A stretch of DNA of 64,000 nucleotides from Pseudomonas sp. (GTDB lineage Bacteria > Pseudomonadota > Gammaproteobacteria > Pseudomonadales > Pseudomonadaceae). The translations under genes and the position numbers were made by a program. Below, in pieces: positions 29,768 to 45,323 of this stretch. The DNA is taken from contig JAXMNZ010000007.1 in NCBI GenBank assembly GCA_034670165.1, positions 39,293 to 103,292 of the forward strand, in the 5' to 3' direction. The notes under the pieces were generated by a model. That model saw only the letters and a program-made list of their open reading frames with translations. It was not told the origin of the DNA and did not search any database. Position 1 is the stretch's first letter. Every line of letters begins with the position of its first letter.

Positions 29768-31182
29768 CAGGCAAACCAGCCGTGCAGCCAGAACGGACCG
29801 GATTCACCGACCGGCCGGAATACCCAGGCCAACTGCCCCTGATCGGTCTGCACCAGAAAATAATCCCGACGAATGTCAGCCCCGTCCCACCAGCCCGATT
29901 CGATGCGCTCGGGCCCGGCGAGAATGGCTGATGGCGCTACCGACAGCCTGGTCGGCTCCGGCATCAGCCAGCCTGGCCTGGGCGGTGCTGGCTGCTGGGA
30001 CTGAAGCGTACTTGCGGCGCCATGGCGCCAGGCATGCTCTGGCCTATGATCAGGGTAACTGCCCAATTCAAGGACGGATTCATCCCCCAGACGGGCCCGT
30101 AATCTTTCGCGTAGCTGCTCCCAGGGCAGAGTCTGCTGGGGTCGTGCTTCAAACAGGGGGGCACTCTGGGGCACAAAGCGGGGCAGATCCCGAGCCACCA
30201 GACGCACCGCCTGAACCGGCGCTGGCAATTGCACTGGCTCAAGGCGCCCGCGGGTCAGTTCGAACAGCATCTCGGCATCCCGCTCGGCAGCCAGCAGCCC
30301 CACCGGCAAGAGCGTATCATCCTGGCCGCGATGCTCCAGGTGCACGGTGAAACGCTGCACCCCACTGTCGCGACCGGCGAGGAAGGCAGCCAGATCCGAC
30401 ACCAGACGCTTGAGGGGGAAAAACAGGGCCTGGTTGGATTCCACGTCGTAATTCAGTTCCAGGCGGACGTCGAAAACATCCGGTGGCGCGTAGCAGTCCA
30501 GGACCAGGGCACGGCTGCCGAGCAGTGTGTCCAGATGCCGCATGACCTCCTCGGGAAAGCGACGTGCCAGCGTTGCCCGGGGCAGCGCCAGAACCTGATG
30601 CACATGCCGCAGCCCCATGCGCGACAGGGCTGTTGCGCTCTCGGCAGCCCATCCCAGCCGGTGCACGGACATTCTGCCGAGCGCCTGCTGCAGTGCTTCC
30701 CGGTCAGCTACAGCTATCCCGTCATGACTGTTCGCCAGGATACGTGCCGCAGCCGGGTTGGGTGCCAGGGCTATGCGATGGCGGAAGCCCATGGACTCGA
30801 GCTCGCTCCGCAACCGGCGTTCGAAGGCAGGCCAGGGGCCAAACAGCGCCATGCTCGACTGCACCTCCAGCAGCAATGCCCGCGGGTAATGCAGACTGAC
30901 ATGGGAGCTGAACCGATAGGCCCAGGCCGCGAGCAGCCTGTGCCAGCGCTGGATCTGCTGCTCATCGTACTCGGCCATGGCAAAGCCATCGGCCAGCGCC
31001 TTGGCTGCTGTCAGCGTCATGCCCGGTCGCAGGCCCAGGTCTCTGGCAGCGGGTGTGATCGCCTGCACCACCCGGCGCTGGGAAGGGCCGGTTATCAGCG
31101 CGAGAGGCGCTTCAGGATTCTCACTGGCACGCAGGACGCCGTCCATGGCCAACTGCGGAAAGAGTATGCAAGCCCAGCGCAT
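29767..31182 (-). CDS. imuB: ImuB, Y-family polymerase-like protein of the imuA-imuB-dnaE2 cassette
   Basis: [19 protein letters not shown]-terminus typical of ImuB. 471 aa. 1-nt overlap with dnaE2. Confidence 0.88.
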   Translation of the reverse strand: MRWACILFPQLAMDGVLRASENPEAPLALITGPSQRRVVQAITPAARDLGLRPGMTLTAAKALADGFAMAEYDEQQIQRWHRLLAAWAYRFSSHVSLHYPRALLLEVQSSMALFGPWPAFERRLRSELESMGFRHRIALAPNPAAARILANSHDGIAVADREALQQALGRMSVHRLGWAAESATALSRMGLRHVHQVLALPRATLARRFPEEVMRHLDTLLGSRALVLDCYAPPDVFDVRLELNYDVESNQALFFPLKRLVSDLAAFLAGRDSGVQRFTVHLEHRGQDDTLLPVGLLAAERDAEMLFELTRGRLEPVQLPAPVQAVRLVARDLPRFVPQSAPLFEARPQQTLPWEQLRERLRARLGDESVLELGSYPDHRPEHAWRHGAASTLQSQQPAPPRPGWLMPEPTRLSVAPSAILAGPERIESGWWDGADIRRDYFLVQTDQGQLAWVFRPVGESGPFWLHGWFA

Positions 31183-31185
31183 GGC

Positions 31186-31803
31186 TCAGCGTCCGCGCAA
31201 AAACTGAATGGGGGAAGAAGACGGCCGACCGCCACGACATTTGAGAATGCGCACCTGGCCGGGCAGACCATCGATGACCAGCCGCAGGGCAGCCGGAGAG
31301 GGATTGCTCGCCTCGGCCAGGGAGCGGAACGCAAAAGCCAGGGTCTGCCCTGTTTCGGCGGCCACCTGGATGCGCCGCAAGGCGCGATCACCGGCACGCT
31401 GCGGCCAGCATAGTACCGCTGCGAAACAACCTGATCGCAGGCACTGCTCGGCCGCCCACAGTGCCTGCTCACCGGCAGCATTGACCATGCTCAGCTGTTG
31501 CTGATCGATGCCCGCCGATTGCCAGGCAGGGACGTAGGGAATGAATGGCGGTGCAACGAGCATGATACGTTCCCCGGCAGCGCTCAGCCGGGCCAGGGTT
31601 GGCCAGAGCAGTTGCAGCTCCCCCAGCCCCTCGTGGGCATGCAATATTTCGCTCAAGGCCGTATCCGGCCAGCCCCCTGTCGGCAATGCAGCGTCCAGGG
31701 CTACATGCCCGGTGGGCTGCACTGTATCGGGCAAACCCGTAGGCTGGCCTTTCCAGACCTGACGTTGCTGCAAGAGGGTTTCCAGAGCGACGACAGCACC
31801 CAT
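31186..31803 (-). CDS. imuA: translesion DNA synthesis-associated protein ImuA (RecA/SulA-like)
   Basis: VWKGQ...TGHVALDAALPTGGWPDTALSEILHAHEGLGELQLLWPTLARL, typical of ImuA. ATG 31803 with GGAG 8 nt upstream is preferred to the GTG at 31812. An SOS box lies 18 nt upstream. Confidence 0.8.
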   Translation of the reverse strand: MGAVVALETLLQQRQVWKGQPTGLPDTVQPTGHVALDAALPTGGWPDTALSEILHAHEGLGELQLLWPTLARLSAAGERIMLVAPPFIPYVPAWQSAGIDQQQLSMVNAAGEQALWAAEQCLRSGCFAAVLCWPQRAGDRALRRIQVAAETGQTLAFAFRSLAEASNPSPAALRLVIDGLPGQVRILKCRGGRPSSSPIQFLRGR

Positions 31804-31820
31804 GATTTTCACTCCAAAAA

Positions 31821-31840
31821 TACTGTATATATGTACAGCA
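31821..31840 (-). promoter_or_regulatory. LexA (SOS) box upstream of imuA-imuB-dnaE2
   Basis: TACTGTATATATGTACAGCA matches the gammaproteobacterial consensus CTGT-N8-ACAG (TACTG(TA)5CAGTA). It lies 18 nt upstream of the imuA ATG. Confidence 0.88.
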
Positions 31841-31969
31841 TATCACTGAGCGAATGGCGGTCAACGGTATTTTGCAGGGTGCAGACGAGCGGATGGCCCC
31901 TTGACCAGTCAGTCGTCGCAAAGCGAAAAAGGAGAGGTGCTCACCGCCTCAAGGCGGACAGGGAGCAGG

Positions 31970-32674
31970 TCAGTGCGGCTTTGAATGCCGCGACAACCAT
32001 TGCAGGTCTTCCGGACGGGTGACCTTGATGTTGTCCGAGCGGCCTTCTACCAGTCGCGGTGCCAACCCGACATATTCCATGGCCGAGGCCTCATCGGTAA
32101 CGACTGCCCCGGCGCCCAGTGCCTGAGTCAATGCATCACGCAGTGCGCCCAGGCGAAACATCTGGGGGGTATAGGCTTGCCAGTAGCGGGACCGGTCCGG
32201 GGTTGAAGCGACCCTGCCTTGGGCGTCGGCGCATTTGAGGGTATCGCGCACCGGCACGGCGAGCAGGCCGCCCACCGGATCGTCGGCCAGGGTAGCCAGC
32301 AGCTTGTACAAATCCTCCTGCGTCAGGTTGGGACGTGCGGCATCATGCACCAGCACCCAGTCAGCCATGCCGGCGCCCCGAGCGAGCAACGCCTGCAGAC
32401 CAGCCAGCACGGAATCGGCACGTTCCTGCCCTCCGTCTGCCCTGACTATCCGACTGTCCTGGGCACAGGCCAGCTCCGGCCACCAAGGATCATCCGCAGC
32501 CAGACAGACCACCAGACCGTTCAGACCCGGCTGACCGAGAAAGCAGTCAAGGGTCTGTTCGATCAGGGTGCGGTCACCCAGAGGCAAATACTGCTTGGGA
32601 CGGTCGGCTCGCATGCGTGAGCCGATACCTGCGGCGGGAATGACTACCCAGTAGGACACCGGGCCAGTCATCAA
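31970..32674 (-). CDS. ispD: 2-C-methyl-D-erythritol 4-phosphate cytidylyltransferase
   Basis: VVIPAAGIGSRMRADRPKQYLPL, VLVHDAARP. Confidence 0.92.
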   Translation of the reverse strand: MMTGPVSYWVVIPAAGIGSRMRADRPKQYLPLGDRTLIEQTLDCFLGQPGLNGLVVCLAADDPWWPELACAQDSRIVRADGGQERADSVLAGLQALLARGAGMADWVLVHDAARPNLTQEDLYKLLATLADDPVGGLLAVPVRDTLKCADAQGRVASTPDRSRYWQAYTPQMFRLGALRDALTQALGAGAVVTDEASAMEYVGLAPRLVEGRSDNIKVTRPEDLQWLSRHSKPH

Positions 32675-32949
32675 TCAGTGCTCAACTGGAAAAGCGTCTC
32701 GCCCTCCCGGATCATGCCCAGTTCATGACGGGCACGTTCCTCGACCGTTTCCAGGCCCTGCTTCAGTTCCCTGACCTCGGCTGTCAGCACACGGTTACGC
32801 TCGAGCAGCTGCTCGTTGATCCGCGCCTGTTCGGCAATCTCCTGCTTGAGCTGGGCTACCTGGGCCAGGCTGCCCTCGCCTATCCATAGACGATATTGCA
32901 GCCCGGCAAGCAGCAGCAGCGCGACTACCCATAGCCATTTCACAGGCAA
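32671..32949 (-). CDS. ftsB: cell division protein FtsB
   Basis: 92 aa with one TM segment and a coiled coil. LQYRLWIGEGSLAQV...RNRVLTAEVRELKQGLETVEERARHELGMIREGETLFQ. 4-nt overlap with ispD. Confidence 0.9.
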   Translation of the reverse strand: MPVKWLWVVALLLLAGLQYRLWIGEGSLAQVAQLKQEIAEQARINEQLLERNRVLTAEVRELKQGLETVEERARHELGMIREGETLFQLSTD

Positions 32950-33050
32950 TCGTCCTCACAGGGCCGCACGCGCAGGGCAATCCCCCACGGGGCTGCCTGC
33001 GGTTGTACGCCTGCGAATCGCACTGCGATAGGGGCCATGTCGTGCATCAC

Positions 33051-34358
<1,308 letters not shown>

Positions 34359-34396
34359 CTAACTGAAAGACTGATGTGTAAGTTCGGTTCAGGTGA

Positions 34397-36973
<2,577 letters not shown>

Positions 36974-37073
36974 TCAAGATGGGAAGTCAGGATACCAGAC
37001 GCCCCCCAATTGCTCAATCCGCAAGTATACCCCGGAACGCTCCGAAGCCGGCCGGCACTGGCCGTCGCAGGCA

Positions 37074-38393
37074 TCATTCCCCGCGCGGCTGCCAGCTGAG
37101 CGCCCAGCCCGGGCCAGCCTGGCGGTCCAGATACGCTGTGTCATTCCAGCGACCGGCGACCGAGACCAGTACACCCCTGTGATGCAGCAGCGGAATTCGC
37201 GGCCGGAACCAGGCAGGCAGCCCGGCCTCCTGCAACAGATGCTTGAGCGATTGGGTGGGTCGACCCGGCAGGCGGAGTGTCTCCCCGCCCGTACGATAAC
37301 TCAGGGTCCACTCCCCCAGACTCGCCGGCTCGACGGCGGGAAGATGCAGTGAAAACACCCCGTTTTCCGCCGCCAGCGGAACTGCGCCCTGACACGCCAG
37401 TGTCTGGGATCGCGGCGGCAGCACATCGACCTCGCGCAGCAACCACAACCGGCCCGACGAACGGTGCAATCGACCCCGCTCAAGCTCGACTATCGGCTGG
37501 GCATCATCCGCGCCAGCCAATTGTCCCTCGAGGGCCAGCAAACGGCGCTGGGCCAGGGCCTGGCCGTGCTGGCGCAACCAGTGGCGCAGGAGATTGCGCC
37601 GGCGCGCCTCGGACAGCTGCATCAGGCCCGACACCTCCAGACTGGGCCAGCCTGACAACCAGCCCGCAACCGGGGCGCCCAGGCGCTGCATATCCTCTGC
37701 AGCCACCTCATCAAGCAGGCTATTGGCTTCGCGTGCATGATCAAGGAGAGTCAGCAGGCTGTTATCCACCGCAGGCCAGCCCTGCCGCAAACGCGGCAGG
37801 AGATCATGGCGCAAGGCGGTGCGGGCAAAGCGCGGATCGCGGTTGGCCGGGTCCTCTATCCAGGCAAGCTGGCGAGCCTCTGCCCAGTCGCGCAGGGCGC
37901 TGCGCGGCGTATCGAGCAGCGGGCGCAGCAACCGGCCCCGGGCCAGTGCTCGTTGCCCCGGCATACCCGCCAGGCCGCGCAGACCGGTGCCGCGCATCAG
38001 GCGAAAAAGCAGGGTTTCCAGTTGATCGTCGCGGTGGTGGGCGAGCAGCAGACAGTCATTGGCACCCATATGGCGGGCGAAGGCGGCATACCGGGCTTCC
38101 CGGGCCTGCGCTTCGATACTGGCTCCCGCGGCCAGACTGACACGCTCCAGCACCAGGGGAATATTCCGCGCTGCCGCCTCCCTGGCGCAATGCTCGGACC
38201 AGCGATCGGCATCAGCATGCAGACCGTGGTGCACGTGAATCGCCCGCAGGGGAGGAAGGGAATGCTCGCGACTCAATTCGGCGATGGCCTCGAGCAGGAC
38301 CATCGAATCCATGCCACCGGACAACCCCAGCCACCAGACCGGGGCGTCCATGCTGGGCAGCAACTGCCTGAGCAGTTCCTGCGGGGTAAACAT
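37074..38393 (-). CDS. tilS: tRNA(Ile)-lysidine synthetase
   Basis: PP-loop LGLSGGMDSMVLL. 439 aa. Its start codon directly abuts the accA stop. Confidence 0.88.
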   Translation of the reverse strand: MFTPQELLRQLLPSMDAPVWWLGLSGGMDSMVLLEAIAELSREHSLPPLRAIHVHHGLHADADRWSEHCAREAAARNIPLVLERVSLAAGASIEAQAREARYAAFARHMGANDCLLLAHHRDDQLETLLFRLMRGTGLRGLAGMPGQRALARGRLLRPLLDTPRSALRDWAEARQLAWIEDPANRDPRFARTALRHDLLPRLRQGWPAVDNSLLTLLDHAREANSLLDEVAAEDMQRLGAPVAGWLSGWPSLEVSGLMQLSEARRRNLLRHWLRQHGQALAQRRLLALEGQLAGADDAQPIVELERGRLHRSSGRLWLLREVDVLPPRSQTLACQGAVPLAAENGVFSLHLPAVEPASLGEWTLSYRTGGETLRLPGRPTQSLKHLLQEAGLPAWFRPRIPLLHHRGVLVSVAGRWNDTAYLDRQAGPGWALSWQPRGE

Positions 38394-39350
38394 CTATTTC
38401 AGACCGAAAGCCATCAGGCGATCGTAACGACGTTCCAGCAATTGCTCCGCAGGCAGGGCCTCCAACGCATCGAGCTCGACCAGCAACTGGGCCTTGATGC
38501 GCGCTGCCATCTCTTCCGGCTTGCGATGGGCGCCACCGAGGGGCTCGGCAATCAGGTTATCGACCAGTTTGAGCTCCTTCAGGCGCTCGGCGGTGATACC
38601 CATGGCTTCGGCGGCATCGGCTGCCTTCTCGGATTTTTTCCACAGGATCGAGGCACAGCCTTCGGGGGAGATGACCGAATAGGTGGAATACTGCAGCATC
38701 ATCAGACGATCGCAGACGCCGATAGCCAGAGCGCCGCCGGAACCGCCCTCCCCGATTACCGTGGCGATGATCGGTGTTTTCAGCCGCGCCATGATCTGCA
38801 GGTTCCAGGCAATGGCCTCGCTCTGGCCGCGCTCTTCAGCGTCGATGCCCGGATAGGCGCCAGGGGTATCGATAAAAGTCAGCAGGGGCATGTTGAAGCG
38901 CTCGGCCATCTGCATCAGGCGACAGGCCTTGCGATAGCCTTCGGGCTTGGGCATACCGAAGTTGCGCCGGACCTTTTCCTTCACGTCCCGGCCCTTCTGG
39001 TGACCGATCACCATCACCGGGCGACCCTCGAGCCGTGCGATACCGCCGACAATGGCGGCGTCGTCGGCAAAATGCCGGTCACCGTGCAATTCTTCGAAGT
39101 CGGTAAAGATGTGGCTGATGTAATCCAGGGTGTAGGGCCGCTGCGGGTGACGCGCCATCTGGGCGATCTGCCAACTGGTCAGGCTGCCGAAGATACTTTC
39201 GGTCAGCGACCGGCTCTTGTCCTGAAGACGGGAGATCTCGTCAGTAATATTCAGGGAGTTATCGCTGCCTACCAGCCGTAGCTCCTCGATCTTGGCCTGC
39301 AGATCGGCGATTGGCTGTTCGAACTCCAGGTATTTCTGGCTCTTGCTCAT
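38394..39350 (-). CDS. accA: acetyl-CoA carboxylase carboxyltransferase subunit alpha
   Basis: [25 protein letters not shown]..., [23 protein letters not shown]. Start at ATG 39350, by analogy with E. coli AccA. Confidence 0.95.
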   Translation of the reverse strand: MSKSQKYLEFEQPIADLQAKIEELRLVGSDNSLNITDEISRLQDKSRSLTESIFGSLTSWQIAQMARHPQRPYTLDYISHIFTDFEELHGDRHFADDAAIVGGIARLEGRPVMVIGHQKGRDVKEKVRRNFGMPKPEGYRKACRLMQMAERFNMPLLTFIDTPGAYPGIDAEERGQSEAIAWNLQIMARLKTPIIATVIGEGGSGGALAIGVCDRLMMLQYSTYSVISPEGCASILWKKSEKAADAAEAMGITAERLKELKLVDNLIAEPLGGAHRKPEEMAARIKAQLLVELDALEALPAEQLLERRYDRLMAFGLK

Positions 39351-39451
39351 AAGCATCCATCATCCACGTGGGCCCTGCGACAGGGCGTACGATTTTTGCA
39401 TTACCTTAAGGGATTGGAGGCTCGACGTCGAGCAAGCCTCCCTCAGGCTTG

Positions 39452-42400
39452 TTATCTGTAGTGCAAGGAGACGCTGTCTTTGCCCAACTGGTCACGCAGC
39501 CCCTGGACCAGATCGTCGGCCGGCTCCACGCGCCACTGCTCGCCCAGGCGCAGTTCGGCAGCGGCGTCGGGGCGCTGCAGATCCACGGTGACCGCACAAT
39601 TGCCCGGATGCTTGCGCAACAGACCGGCGATCTGGCCCAGACTGTCCGGGCCGTGGCGGCTGGTGTCGAGGCTGATGCGAACGCTGTCTAGCAGCGTGGT
39701 GCGAGCATCTTCCAGACTCATGACCCGCTTGACGCGCATACGCAGCCCGCCGGAAAAGTCATCCTGGGACACCTCCCCTTCCACTACCAGCAATGCGTCC
39801 TTCTGCAACAGTGCCTGCGACGCCTGATAGGCCTCGGCATACAATGAGACCTCGATACGCGAGGATCGATCATCCAGCGTAACGAATCCCATCTTGTCGC
39901 CGCGCTTGCTCTTCATCACCCGCAGGTCGAATACCAGTCCGGCAATCGTCTGGCTGTCCCGCGAGGGCTTGAGGTCGATGATCCGCTGGCGGGCGAAACG
40001 GCGGATTTCTCTCTCGTACTCATCAATCGGATGCCCGGTGAGATACAGCCCCAGGGTCTCCTTCTCGCCCCGCAGACGCTCCTTGAACGACCACTCCCGG
40101 GCATTGCGGTAGGCCTCGTAGACATCCCGCTCGGTGGAGGGCCCGAGCAGGTCGCCAAACAGGTCTGCGTGCCCGCTGTCGGCGCTCTTGGCCGTCTGTT
40201 CTGCCGAGGCGATGGCTTCTTCCATGGACGCCATCAGGGCCGCCCTGTTGCGGTCAATCTGCTTGAGAAACCGCTGCTGATCGGTATCGAAGAAGGGGCC
40301 CAGGCTATCCAGCGCGCCGGAGCGGATCAGCGCTTCCATGACTCGCTTGTTGATGCGTTTCAGGTCGACCCGGGCACAGAAATCAAACAGGTCGATAAAC
40401 GGCCCACCCTCGAGACGCTTCTGTACGATGGTTTCTACCGGGCCTTCGCCCACACCCTTGATCGCGCCCAGCCCGTAGACCACGTCCCCTTCGTCATCGA
40501 CGGTGAACTTGTACTCGGAGATATTCACATTCGGCGATTTGAGGCGCAGCTTCATGCTGCGGCACTCTTCGATCAGGGTGACCACCTTGTCGGTGTTGTG
40601 CATATCGGCCGAAAGCACTGCAGCCATGAAGGGCGCCGGGTAATGGGCCTTCAGCCAGGCGGTCTGATAGGACACCAGACCGTAGGCCGCCGAGTGCGAC
40701 TTGTTGAAACCATAGCCGGCAAACTTTTCTACCAGATCAAAGATGTTACCTGCCAGATCAGGGTCAATACCGTTATTTTCACAACCTTCAAGAAAGACCT
40801 GGCGCTGTTTGGCCATTTCTTCGGGCTTTTTCTTGCCCATGGCCCGGCGCAGCATGTCGGCGCCCCCCAGCGTGTAGCCGGCCATCACCTGGGCGATCTG
40901 CATGACCTGTTCCTGGTACAGGATGATGCCGTAGGTGGGCGCCAGCACGGGCTTGAGACTGTCGAGCTGATAGTTCGGATGCGGGTAGGAGAGGATCTCG
41001 CGCCCGTGCTTACGGTTGATGAAGTCGTCAACCATGCCTGACTGCAGCGGGCCCGGGCGGAACAGGGCCACCAGTGCGATGAGATCTTCCAGACAGTCGG
41101 GCTTGAGCTTCTTGATCAGCTCTTTCATGCCCCGCGATTCCAGCTGGAACACCGCTGTGGTCTCGGCCTTCTGCAGCATGCGGTAGGTCGGCTGGTCGTC
41201 CAGCGGGATGAAGTTGATATCCAGCGGCTCGCCGCCCGTCTTGGCGCGCACGCGGTTGATCGTATCCATGGCCCAGTCGATGATGGTCAGGGTACGCAGG
41301 CCAAGAAAGTCGAATTTGACCAGGCCGGCGGACTCGACGTCATCCTTGTCGAACTGGGTCACCAGGCCGCCGCCCGCCTCGTCGCAGTAGAGCGGCGAGA
41401 AGTCGGTCAGCTTGGTCGGTGCGATCACCACACCGCCGGCGTGCTTGCCGACGTTACGGGTAATACCCTCGAGCTTGAGCGCCATGTCCCAGATTTCCTG
41501 GGCTTCTTCGTCGTTGGCGAGAAAGTCGCGCAGAATCTCTTCCTGCTCGAAGGCCTTGGCCAGGGTCATGCCGACTTCAAACGGGATCATCTTCGACAGT
41601 TTGTCGGCCAGACCATAGGATTTGCCCTGCACCCGGGCCACGTCACGCACCACGGCCTTGGCCGCCATGGTGCCGAAGGTGATGATCTGCGATACCGCGT
41701 TGCGTCCATAGGTCTGGGCGACATACTCGATGACTCGGTCGCGGCCTTCCATGCAGAAGTCGACGTCGAAGTCGGGCATCGATACCCGCTCGGGATTGAG
41801 AAAGCGCTCGAACAGCAGGTCATACTGCATTGGATCAAGATCGGTGATCAGCAGCGAATAGGCGACCAGCGAACCCGCCCCGGAGCCTCGACCCGGCCCT
41901 ACCGGTACGCCGTTGTTCTTGGCCCACTTGATGAAGTCCATCACGATCAGGAAATATCCGGGAAACTCCATCTGGATGATGATATCCAGCTCGAAATTCA
42001 GCCGATCGATATAGACCTGGCGGCGCGCTTCGTAGTTGTCGGAATCCGGCGGCAGTACGACCTTGAGCCGTTCTTCGAGACCTTCGAAGGAGACCTTGCG
42101 GAAGAAGTCGGCTTCACTCATGCCATCTGGCGTCGGAAACGCCGGCAGGAAGTTCTTGCCCAGCTGGACGTCGATATTGCAGCGCTTGGCGATCTCGACG
42201 CTGTTGGCCAAAGCTTCGGGTATATCGGAAAACAGCTCGGCCATTTCATCCGGTGTCTTCAGGTACTGTTCTTCGCTGTACTGGCGTACCCGGCGCGGAT
42301 CATCCAGGGCGCGGCCTTCACCAATGCAGACGCGCGTCTCGTGGGCTTCGTAGTCCTCGCGCTTGAGAAAACGCACGTCGTTGGTCGCCACGACCGGGCA

Positions 42401-42976
42401 GTCGTGTTTCGCTGCCAGATCGACTGCAGCATGCAGATATTCTTCATCATTCGGACGGCTGGTGCGCTGCAGCTCAAGATAGAAGCGTCCGGGAAACACC
42501 TGCATCCAGTACTGCAGCAGGGCATCGGCTTCCTGCGGGTTGTTGGACAGCAGGGATTGGCCGATCTCGCCTTCCCGGGCGGCGGACAGGGCAATCACGT
42601 CTTCACTGGATTCGGCGACCCATTCACGGCGGATGGTCACCACGCCATTGCGCTGGCCTTCGGTATAGCCGCGTGAGATGAGCTCGGTCAGGTTGCGGTA
42701 GCCATTGCGGTTCATCGCCAACAGGCTGAGACGGGTCAGCTGGGTGTCATCATTCTCACCTACCAGCCAGACATCGACGCCGGAAATCGGTTTGATTCCG
42801 CCCGCCATCGCGGCTTTGTAGAATTTGACCAGGCTGCACATGTTGTTCTGGTCGGTCACTGCGACTGCAGGCATCCCCTGCTCTGCCACGGCCTTGATCA
42901 GCGGCTTGATCTTGACGATGCCGTCGACCAGTGAATACTCGCTGTGGACGCGCAAGTGGACGAAGGAGTGGGTCAT
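39452..42976 (-). CDS. dnaE: DNA polymerase III subunit alpha
   Basis: [19 protein letters not shown] (PHP domain) and [21 protein letters not shown]. 1174 aa from ATG 42976. The 33-aa track extension is unsupported. Confidence 0.97.
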   Translation of the reverse strand: MTHSFVHLRVHSEYSLVDGIVKIKPLIKAVAEQGMPAVAVTDQNNMCSLVKFYKAAMAGGIKPISGVDVWLVGENDDTQLTRLSLLAMNRNGYRNLTELISRGYTEGQRNGVVTIRREWVAESSEDVIALSAAREGEIGQSLLSNNPQEADALLQYWMQVFPGRFYLELQRTSRPNDEEYLHAAVDLAAKHDCPVVATNDVRFLKREDYEAHETRVCIGEGRALDDPRRVRQYSEEQYLKTPDEMAELFSDIPEALANSVEIAKRCNIDVQLGKNFLPAFPTPDGMSEADFFRKVSFEGLEERLKVVLPPDSDNYEARRQVYIDRLNFELDIIIQMEFPGYFLIVMDFIKWAKNNGVPVGPGRGSGAGSLVAYSLLITDLDPMQYDLLFERFLNPERVSMPDFDVDFCMEGRDRVIEYVAQTYGRNAVSQIITFGTMAAKAVVRDVARVQGKSYGLADKLSKMIPFEVGMTLAKAFEQEEILRDFLANDEEAQEIWDMALKLEGITRNVGKHAGGVVIAPTKLTDFSPLYCDEAGGGLVTQFDKDDVESAGLVKFDFLGLRTLTIIDWAMDTINRVRAKTGGEPLDINFIPLDDQPTYRMLQKAETTAVFQLESRGMKELIKKLKPDCLEDLIALVALFRPGPLQSGMVDDFINRKHGREILSYPHPNYQLDSLKPVLAPTYGIILYQEQVMQIAQVMAGYTLGGADMLRRAMGKKKPEEMAKQRQVFLEGCENNGIDPDLAGNIFDLVEKFAGYGFNKSHSAAYGLVSYQTAWLKAHYPAPFMAAVLSADMHNTDKVVTLIEECRSMKLRLKSPNVNISEYKFTVDDEGDVVYGLGAIKGVGEGPVETIVQKRLEGGPFIDLFDFCARVDLKRINKRVMEALIRSGALDSLGPFFDTDQQRFLKQIDRNRAALMASMEEAIASAEQTAKSADSGHADLFGDLLGPSTERDVYEAYRNAREWSFKERLRGEKETLGLYLTGHPIDEYEREIRRFARQRIIDLKPSRDSQTIAGLVFDLRVMKSKRGDKMGFVTLDDRSSRIEVSLYAEAYQASQALLQKDALLVVEGEVSQDDFSGGLRMRVKRVMSLEDARTTLLDSVRISLDTSRHGPDSLGQIAGLLRKHPGNCAVTVDLQRPDAAAELRLGEQWRVEPADDLVQGLRDQLGKDSVSLHYR

Positions 42977-43118
42977 GGTATTCCTGTTTCTGAGGGCTAC
43001 TACAAGATTGGGATTGTAACGGTGGGGGGAGTCGGGGGCTAGCAGACTGTGGTCCGGAATCACATTGGTTGGCATAGATCGAAACTCAGAGTTTGGTCGC
43101 TCCCAGCCTGGCAGGGTT

Positions 43119-43151
43119 CCGAAAGCCGCCGTGAATCCGTCCCTGGAGGCT
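43119..43151 (-). repeat. left arm of an imperfect inverted repeat in the rnhB-dnaE spacer
   Basis: The reverse complement AGCCTCCAGGGACGGATTCACGGCGGCTTTCGG aligns with 43367-43410: 20 of the first 25 positions are identical and both end in CTTTCGG (hand alignment). Confidence 0.5.
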
Positions 43152-43366
43152 TGTCAGAAACGTCCCTGTTTCAGACACTTTCTGCACCCTGCCAGCCTGT
43201 GCGCTCAACCGGCAGCGGAGTGAGGTTGGGTTTGCTGTCCAAAATCAAAAGCCAAGCCCTACTGCCCAACAGTCCTCCAGGTTTTCCCGCCGACAACTGA
43301 GCAGCCGGTGGCAGACGCAGGGCGAGAGGACTAAGCCGACCGTCGATGGCAGGGATGCCATCGTCG

Positions 43367-43410
43367 AGCCTACAGGGACGTACTTGCGGCGTGTCGGCGT
43401 GGACTTTCGG
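43367..43410 (+). repeat. right arm of the inverted repeat in the rnhB-dnaE spacer
   Basis: AGCCTACAGGGACGTACTTGCGGCGTGTCGGCGTGGACTTTCGG, carrying an 11-nt insertion relative to the left arm. Confidence 0.5.
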
Positions 43411-43483
43411 CCTGGGGCTGCCGGGCACGCTCTTTCAGAATCAAAGTACCTGGCAGCTCAAGGTCGGTGATTTCAAAGAGACC

Positions 43484-44143
43484 CTACAACAGTGGCTGCC
43501 CTACCAAAATCTCCTCAGATTCGGGCTGAACTGAGCCAACCATCACAAGCGCTTCGCGCACGGGCGCAAAGGAGCGGCGGTGGATGATTGTTGCGCCGAG
43601 TTCACGCAAGGCAGCCAAATGGACAGGCGTGGGATAACCCTTGTGCTGGGCTATGCCGTAGCCGGGATACAGCATGTCCAGCTCTACCATTTCCCGGTCC
43701 CTGGCCACCTTGGCGAGAATTGATGCTGCGGAAATGGCGGGCACGCGACCGTCGCCCTGGATAACAGGCTCACTGCGCATGGGCAGTATCGGACAGCGAT
43801 TGCCGTCCACCAGTACCCGATCCGGCTGAATGGACAGACCGGCTACGGCCCGCTGCATGGCCAACATGGTGGCGTGAAGAATATTGAGCTGGTCGATTTC
43901 TTCCACGTCGGCGCGGGCGATGCACCAGGCCAGGGCTCGTTCCTGAATAATGGGGAACAAGGCTTCGCGCTTGGCTTCAGTCAGCTTCTTCGAATCGTTA
44001 AGGCCTTCGATGGGACGCAGGGGATCCAGGATAACGGCGGCGGTGACGACGGCGCCACACAGGGGACCACGCCCTACTTCGTCGACACCGGCAACCAGTT
44101 CATCGCCAACGGGCGGATTCCAGTCCATCAATATCTGCGGCAT
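43484..44143 (-). CDS. rnhB: ribonuclease HII
   Basis: [28 protein letters not shown]. 219 aa. Confidence 0.93.
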   Translation of the reverse strand: MPQILMDWNPPVGDELVAGVDEVGRGPLCGAVVTAAVILDPLRPIEGLNDSKKLTEAKREALFPIIQERALAWCIARADVEEIDQLNILHATMLAMQRAVAGLSIQPDRVLVDGNRCPILPMRSEPVIQGDGRVPAISAASILAKVARDREMVELDMLYPGYGIAQHKGYPTPVHLAALRELGATIIHRRSFAPVREALVMVGSVQPESEEILVGQPLL

Positions 44144-45321
44144 CAGAGCCTTCCCTTTTGCCTGAGCAGATCCAGCACAGCCTCGGCGGCCGCATGGTCG
44201 GCGTCCCGCCTGAGCATTTCATGCAGCTGCATGAAGGTGGCCTGGGTCTCGGCGCGCTCTTCGGTCGGGGCCAGCAGTTGCAGCAAGGCCGGACCCATCG
44301 CTTCAGGTGTGGCTGCATCCTGTAGGAATTCGGGCACGACCTCGCGCTTGGCCAGAAGGTTGGGCAAGGATACGTGGCCAACCTTGACCAGGCGTTTGAG
44401 AATTTTGAAGGTCAGCCCGGCCATGCGATAGGCCACCACCATCGGACGCTTGAACAGCATGGCTTCGAGGGTGGCCGTACCGGAGGCGATCAATACCGCA
44501 TCACAGGCGGCCAGGGCCTGGTGCGCCTGTCCATCGAGCAGTACCAGCGGCAGCGTGATCCGGCTCTCGGCAATGATCTGCTGCATCTGCTGCTTGCGCT
44601 CCGGGTTGGCGCAGGGCATGACAAAGCGCAGGCCGGGCTCGCGCTCATGGCACCAGGCGGCGGTTTGCAGGAAGAGTTCGCCGAGCTTGCGCAGCTCGCC
44701 ATTGCGACTTCCCGGCATCAGCGCCAGCAGTTTCTCGTCCGCTCCAATACCCAGCGCAGAGCGGGCAGCGGCGCGATCAGGCTGCAGCGGTATTTCGTCG
44801 GCCAGGGTATGGCCGACGCAACGCACGGCGACCTGATGCTTGCGGTAGACGTCTTCTTCGAACGGAAAGAGCGTCAGCATGAGGTCGGTAGACTTCTGGA
44901 TGCCCAACACCCGCTTTTCCCGCCAGGCCCAGACCGACGGGCTGACGTAATGGACCGTTGCAATGCCGGCATCACGCAGTTTGCGCTCTACCCCGAGGGT
45001 GAAGTCTGGCGCATCGATACCGATGAATACGTCTGGCTGCTGCTCCAGCAGCCAGGCAACCAGCTCCTTGCGTATCCGCAATAGCTCACGCAGACGCCCC
45101 AGCACCTCCACCAGCCCCATAACCGAGAGACGCTCCATCGGCACCCTGGTTTGCATGCCTTCGGCAAGCATGCGCGGGCCGCCGATGCCGATGAACTCGG
45201 AATGCGGATGAGCCTGCTTCAGGGCACGAATGAGGCCGGCTCCCAGGGTGTCCCCGGAGGCCTCCCCGGCCACTAGGGCAATGCGCAGCGGCCGGCCGGC
45301 GACATGGGGTTGCGCGGTCAT
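44143..45321 (-). CDS. lpxB: lipid-A-disaccharide synthase
   Basis: [24 protein letters not shown]. Start moved to ATG 45321. The 169-aa track extension runs through lpxA in another frame. Confidence 0.92.
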   Translation of the reverse strand: MTAQPHVAGRPLRIALVAGEASGDTLGAGLIRALKQAHPHSEFIGIGGPRMLAEGMQTRVPMERLSVMGLVEVLGRLRELLRIRKELVAWLLEQQPDVFIGIDAPDFTLGVERKLRDAGIATVHYVSPSVWAWREKRVLGIQKSTDLMLTLFPFEEDVYRKHQVAVRCVGHTLADEIPLQPDRAAARSALGIGADEKLLALMPGSRNGELRKLGELFLQTAAWCHEREPGLRFVMPCANPERKQQMQQIIAESRITLPLVLLDGQAHQALAACDAVLIASGTATLEAMLFKRPMVVAYRMAGLTFKILKRLVKVGHVSLPNLLAKREVVPEFLQDAATPEAMGPALLQLLAPTEERAETQATFMQLHEMLRRDADHAAAEAVLDLLRQKGRL

Positions 45322-45323
45322 GA

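Noticed and set aside
43049-43534. Three small ORFs (83, 85 and 62 aa) inside the rnhB-dnaE spacer, as candidate small proteins.
   Set aside because: They mutually overlap on both strands and have no RBS. The peptides are low-complexity and Pro/Arg/Gly/Leu-rich. The region is better explained by nucleic-acid-level symmetry.
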